A stretch of DNA of 64,000 nt from Octopus vulgaris. Taxonomy: Eukaryota. The notes under the pieces are model-generated. The model saw only the letters and a program-made list of their open reading frames with translations. It made no database searches and was not told the DNA's origin. The translations under genes and the position numbers were made by a program. Each line of letters starts with the position of its first letter. The first letter of the stretch is position 1. The stretch lies in the NCBI GenBank assembly GCA_951406725.2, contig OX597824.1, positions 58,590,001-58,654,000 of the forward strand. The letters run 5' to 3'. Positions 59,852 through 64,000 of this stretch are shown piece after piece.

Positions 59852-60109
59852 TTGACACACAAGGCATTGGTCAAACTAAAGATGCAGTATACGTCACTTG
59901 TTGAAGGTGTCGCAGAGTGAGATCGAAGCCAGAATCACGTGATCAGGAAGTGATCTTCTGAAGCATACCAACGTTCGAGCACCTACAAATAAATAAAACT
60001 TTTTCCTTCACTCTAAATTTTACCCCAGCTTTTTATTTCATAAAAGACATCTTGTCACATATCACTTCTTTGTCGTTATTATCTGATTTATATAGCCTTG
60101 CTTCTTTTC

Positions 60110-60620
60110 ATAGATGGTTTGGGGATGCCATCCTTAATGATGCGGCGTCAAGCTTTGTGGCTGTCGCACCTACGGAAATATCTAAATCACTGAGATGTTG
60201 TGAACGACGACAACGAAAATAAGGGTGAACTGGTCTGGGCATCTTTCGTGCGACACGTCTTTCCGCAGCTCATCTCGTTGACAGAGCTGCAGACATGGGT
60301 CAAACGTAAGCCAAGGTTGTGTGTTTGGCATCTAGAATGTTGCCAGGCACTCACTGCATTGTATCAGCCGCCCAAAACCGTTAGTGAGAAAACAACCCAA
60401 GATTTCTTTAGGGGGTTAGTTGATGGTATTAGTGATGATGCCCTAGGATTGAATCTAGGCATCGTCGAGAACAGTCTGAGTAGTGTCTTCCAGATGACGT
60501 TCAGGTTGAAGATCATGGACAGTTTCCAAAATACTTTGGCTTGGCACTTTCCCATGCTTTGGAGATGGCAGAGTAATCCGGTATTTTTGTGCGAGGTTTA
60601 CCCCGGATTACGCTAAGTGG
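60110..60620 (+). mobile_element. Tx1/L1-like LINE ORF2 C-terminal fragment
   Basis: DGLGMPSLMMRRQALWL (GGLGxP-like motif), then ..WHLECCQAL..MDSFQNTLAW in ORF 60200-60616. Confidence 0.55.
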
Positions 60621-60834
60621 ACTGCCTCGCTTTTGGGGATTCTATTTATTTATTAATTATTTATTTCTCTACTTTCTATTATATATCTTCTGTTATATCC
60701 TTTAATGTTGTAGTATCTCCCCTTGACTGATGTTAACCCCATATGAATTTATTTTTGCAATTTTGTTGTTGTTTTGTAACTCGTCATTCGATAATGTCCT
60801 CCATAACTTGGGTGCTTGTGGCCAATAAAAGAAA

Positions 60835-60910
<76 letters not shown>

Positions 60911-60914
<4 letters not shown>

Positions 60915-61401
60915 TAGTTTTAATTTTATAGCGTGCTTTCACTTCACTATCGAGCGCAGCTCTGTGTGCCTTGGGTATGTTCTGCGATTTGTTGTGATGC
61001 TCTGATGGTTATTGTATGAAAAATGTTCTGCGTAGGATGTGTGCAGTGCCTAATAGTGAAATTTTCTGTATGTCATATATGTTTGTAAGTCCTGGTGTTT
61101 TTGTTATGTATTCGTCTGAATATTTTTTTTATCATGCCTAATGCACCTACTATGATAGGGATTGTTTCTGTTTTTAGATTCCACATTCTGGTTACCTCTA
61201 TTTCTAGGTCTTTGTATTTTGAAAGTTTCTCCATTTCTTTTAGAGAAACGTTGTCATCTGCCAGTATTGAACATCAATTAGAAAGCATTTTTTTTCATGA
61301 TCTCTGACAACTATATCTGGTCTGTTGGCCTTAATTTCTCTATCTGTGTATATCGGCATATCCCAGAGTATGGTTGCTTTCTCGTTTTCTGTGACCTTTT
61401 C
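60911..61401 (-). mobile_element. Short 5'-truncated copy of the R4/Dong-like element
   Basis: Homologous to about 61425-61925 with indels. Flanked by (TTA)n at 60838-60910 and 61403-61425. Confidence 0.9.
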
Positions 61402-61424
61402 TTTATTATTATTATTATTATTAT

Positions 61425-63180
61425 TCAGTAGTTTTATTTTTATTTTTATAGCGTGCTTTCACTTCACTACCGAGCGCAGCTCTGTGTGCCTTGGGTATGT
61501 GCTGTGATTTGTTGTGATGCTCTGATGGTTATTGTATGGAAAGTGTTCTGCGTAGGATGTGTGCAGTGCCTAGTAGTGCAATTTTCTGTATGTTATATGT
61601 GTTTGTAAGTCCTGGTGTTTTTGTTATGTATTTGTCTGAATATTTTTTTATCATGCCTAATGCACCTACTATGATAGGAATTGTTTCTGTTTTCAGATTC
61701 CACATTCTAGTTACCTCTATTTCCAGGTCTTTGTATTTTGAGAGTTTCTCCATTTCTTTTAGAGATACGTTGTCATCTGCCGGTACTGATACATCAATTA
61801 GAAAGCATTTTTTTTCTTCATGGTCTCTGACAACTATATCTGGTCTGTTGGCCTTAATTTCTCTATCTGTGTGTATCGGCATATCCCAGAGTATGGTTGC
61901 TTTCTCGTTTTCTGTGACCTTTTCTGGTGTGTGCCTATACCATCTTTTTTCTGTTGTTATTCCATAATGTTGGCATAGCTTCCAATGTATGTAGGTTCCA
62001 ACTCTGTCATGTCTGTGAATATATTCCTTCTTAGCCAGGACTGGGCAGCTAGAGATAATATGATTTATTGTTTCTTGTCCATCTCCACATATTCTGCAGT
62101 TACTTGTAATATTTCTTTTCATTACATGTTTTTGGTAATTTCTGGTGGGGAGGCTTTGGTCTTGTGCTGCAATTAAAAATCCCTCTGTTTCTGCTTTGAG
62201 TCCTGAGCTTCTCAACCATTGCTGGGATTTTTCTTTGTCTATTTCTTTTGCGTTTAGTTTAGTGCAGTATTTACCATGAAGGGGCTTTTCTTGCCATCGT
62301 TTTATCATGGTTCGTTGCTGTTCTATTTTTAGTTTGGATTTCATTTTTTTTATAGCTTTTGTTGTTTCTTCATCTTCTTCTTCTTCTTCTTCTTCTTCTT
62401 CATGTTTATTAGGTGGTATGATTTCTTGTTTGTATTTGTCAGCTTCCTTAAATACTGAGAACAGTTTTTTGTTTTGCTCGTGTTTTGCCGCTATCTGGAT
62501 CAGTTTTCCTTCCTTCTGAAGTAGATATTTTTGCAGTCCTATGGTGGTTATTTTATAGTAGTTTTCCAGCTGTATAAGGCCTCTACCACCTTCTATACGT
62601 TGTATATATAGTCTTTCTATGTCAGATTTTGGGTGATGCATCCTAGATCCTGTCATTATTTTTCTTGTTTTCCTGTCTATTTTGGTCAGTTCATTTCGTG
62701 TCCAGTTAAGGATATTGTAGCTGTAACTTATAACTGGGACAGCTAAAGTGTTGATACCTATTATCTTGTTTTTAGCATTGAGCTCTGTGTTTAGTATTGA
62801 TCTAACTCGTCTATAATATTCTTTTTTTATTTTCTCTTTCATTTGTGTGTGTTGTGTCTTATCTAGTTCATGGATTCCTAAGTATTTGTAAGTTTGGCTT
62901 TGGTCTAATTCTTTTATTTCATTTGCTTCATCTAGTGTGATGTTGTTACTCTTAACTAGTTTTCCTCTTTTCATGGTTACTTTGGCGCATTTTTCTAATC
63001 CAAATTTCATATCTATTTCTTTGGTAAATCCATGAACTGTCTTTAATAGTGTTTCCAGCTGTTTGTCATTTGCAGCGTATAGTTTTAGGTCATCCATATA
63101 TAAAAGGTGGCTGATCGTTTTGCCGTAACATTTATATCCGCATCCAGTTCTATTTAGCATATCAGCATTTAGCATATCAG

Positions 63181-63182
<2 letters not shown>
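61425..63182 (-). mobile_element. Young 5'-truncated R4/Dong-clade RLE non-LTR retrotransposon inserted in (TAA)n
   Basis: It contains the uninterrupted 548-aa frame and a ~100-bp 3' UTR, with (TAA)n on both sides. Dong-type elements are known to target TAA repeats. Confidence 0.9.
61529..63175 (-). CDS. C-terminal 548 aa of a retrotransposon RT / CCHC knuckle / restriction-like endonuclease polyprotein (5'-truncated, not a real start)
   Basis: ISHLLYMDDLKLYA (RT YxDD), YKYLG, GGRGL, CRICGDGQETINHIISSC (CCHC), RHD, and RPDIVV..LIDVSVP..EKLSKYKDL (PD-(D/E)xK). Confidence 0.92.
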   Translation of the reverse strand: MLNADMLNRTGCGYKCYGKTISHLLYMDDLKLYAANDKQLETLLKTVHGFTKEIDMKFGLEKCAKVTMKRGKLVKSNNITLDEANEIKELDQSQTYKYLGIHELDKTQHTQMKEKIKKEYYRRVRSILNTELNAKNKIIGINTLAVPVISYSYNILNWTRNELTKIDRKTRKIMTGSRMHHPKSDIERLYIQRIEGGRGLIQLENYYKITTIGLQKYLLQKEGKLIQIAAKHEQNKKLFSVFKEADKYKQEIIPPNKHEEEEEEEEEDEETTKAIKKMKSKLKIEQQRTMIKRWQEKPLHGKYCTKLNAKEIDKEKSQQWLRSSGLKAETEGFLIAAQDQSLPTRNYQKHVMKRNITSNCRICGDGQETINHIISSCPVLAKKEYIHRHDRVGTYIHWKLCQHYGITTEKRWYRHTPEKVTENEKATILWDMPIHTDREIKANRPDIVVRDHEEKKCFLIDVSVPADDNVSLKEMEKLSKYKDLEIEVTRMWNLKTETIPIIVGALGMIKKYSDKYITKTPGLTNTYNIQKIALLGTAHILRRTLSIQ

Positions 63183-63218
<36 letters not shown>

Positions 63219-63385
63219 GTATTAGTATTATTATTATTATCATTAGGTCGACTTTACCTTTCATCTTTTCGGGGTCGATAAAAAAATTACCAGTTGAAGA
63301 CTGGAGTCGATATAATCGACTATACCTCTCCCCCAAAATTTCGGGCCTTGTACCTACAGCAGAAACGATTATTATTATCATTATT

Positions 63386-63602
63386 AAGGCGGCGAGCTGG
63401 CAGAATCGTTAGCACCCCGGGCAATATGCTTAGCGGCATTTAGTCATTCTCTACGTTTTGAGTTCAAATTCCGCTGAGGTCGACTTTGCCTTTCATCTCT
63501 TTGGGGTCGATGAAATAAGTACCACTTACACACTGGGGTCGATGTAATCGACTTAATCCCTTCCCCTAAATTTGAAGCCCTGTGCTTCCAGTAGAAAGAA
63601 TT
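63386..63602 (+). mobile_element. Full-length-looking tRNA-like SINE, family B (partial copies at about 63245-63370 and 63640-63758)
   Basis: aaggcggcgagctggcagaatcgttagc..gagttcaaattccgc..core..agaaagaa followed by (TTA)n. Confidence 0.85.
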
Positions 63603-63760
63603 ATTATTATTATTGTTGTTGTTGTTGTTGTTATCATTAGTGACGAGCTGGCACAATCGTTGCTGCGCCAGACAAAATTACTGGAGGCATTTCACCCGAC
63701 TTTTAGTTTCTGAATTAAAATTCTGCCAAGGTCGATTTTCCTTTCATCGAGTACCAGTAT

Positions 63761-63925
63761 GCAGAGGAGTGGCTGTGTGGTAAGTAGCTTGCTTACCAAC
63801 CACATCGTTCCGGATTCAGTCCCACTGCGTGGCATCTTGGGCAAGTGTCTTCTACTATAGCCTCGGGCCGTCCAAAGCGATGTCAGTGGATTTGGTAGAC
63901 GGAAACTGAAAGAAACCCGTCGTAT
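63761..63925 (+). mobile_element. tRNA-like SINE, family A (5' part)
   Basis: ggagtggctgtgtggtaagtagcttgc..ttcagtcccactgcgtggcatcttgggcaagtg..gaaactgaaagaa. Confidence 0.85.
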
Positions 63926-64000
63926 ATATGTATATATATATATACCAGGTGGTGCTATTAAGTTAGACATGGCCTGGGCCAATAATGGCCGAAACCTATC

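Noticed and set aside
61536-62519. Plus-strand ORFs (143, 63 and 70 aa) and similar ORFs at 26-586 and 61095-61507
   Set aside because: They are antisense shadows of the R4/Dong-like retrotransposon ORF.

Overview
AT-rich, microsatellite-saturated eukaryotic non-coding DNA. The SINE families and the density of (TA)n/(CA)n/(TATG)n/(TATC)n/(TAA)n tracts look like an octopus or other coleoid cephalopod genome (my inference, not verified). I found no host exon I can support, and most ORFs in the track are microsatellite translations. The real coding signal comes from transposons: a young 5'-truncated R4/Dong-type RLE retrotransposon in a (TAA)n array (548-aa open frame) plus relatives, several Penelope-like element (PLE) relics, mariner/maT/Tc1 relics, Tx1/L1 and RTE 3' fragments, and two tRNA-like SINE families. 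The main unannotated signal is a dense set of minimal type-I hammerhead ribozyme (HHR) motifs. At least 5 have intact cores, and about 7 more are decayed, from unrelated sequence families. Several lie in non-coding ~470-540-nt units that are terminally redundant (about 1.1-1.25 copies), often carry a 5' inverted copy, and sit in microsatellites. This is the footprint expected of retrozyme-like, possibly circular-RNA, non-autonomous elements mobilised by PLEs. All structures were read by eye, not computed.
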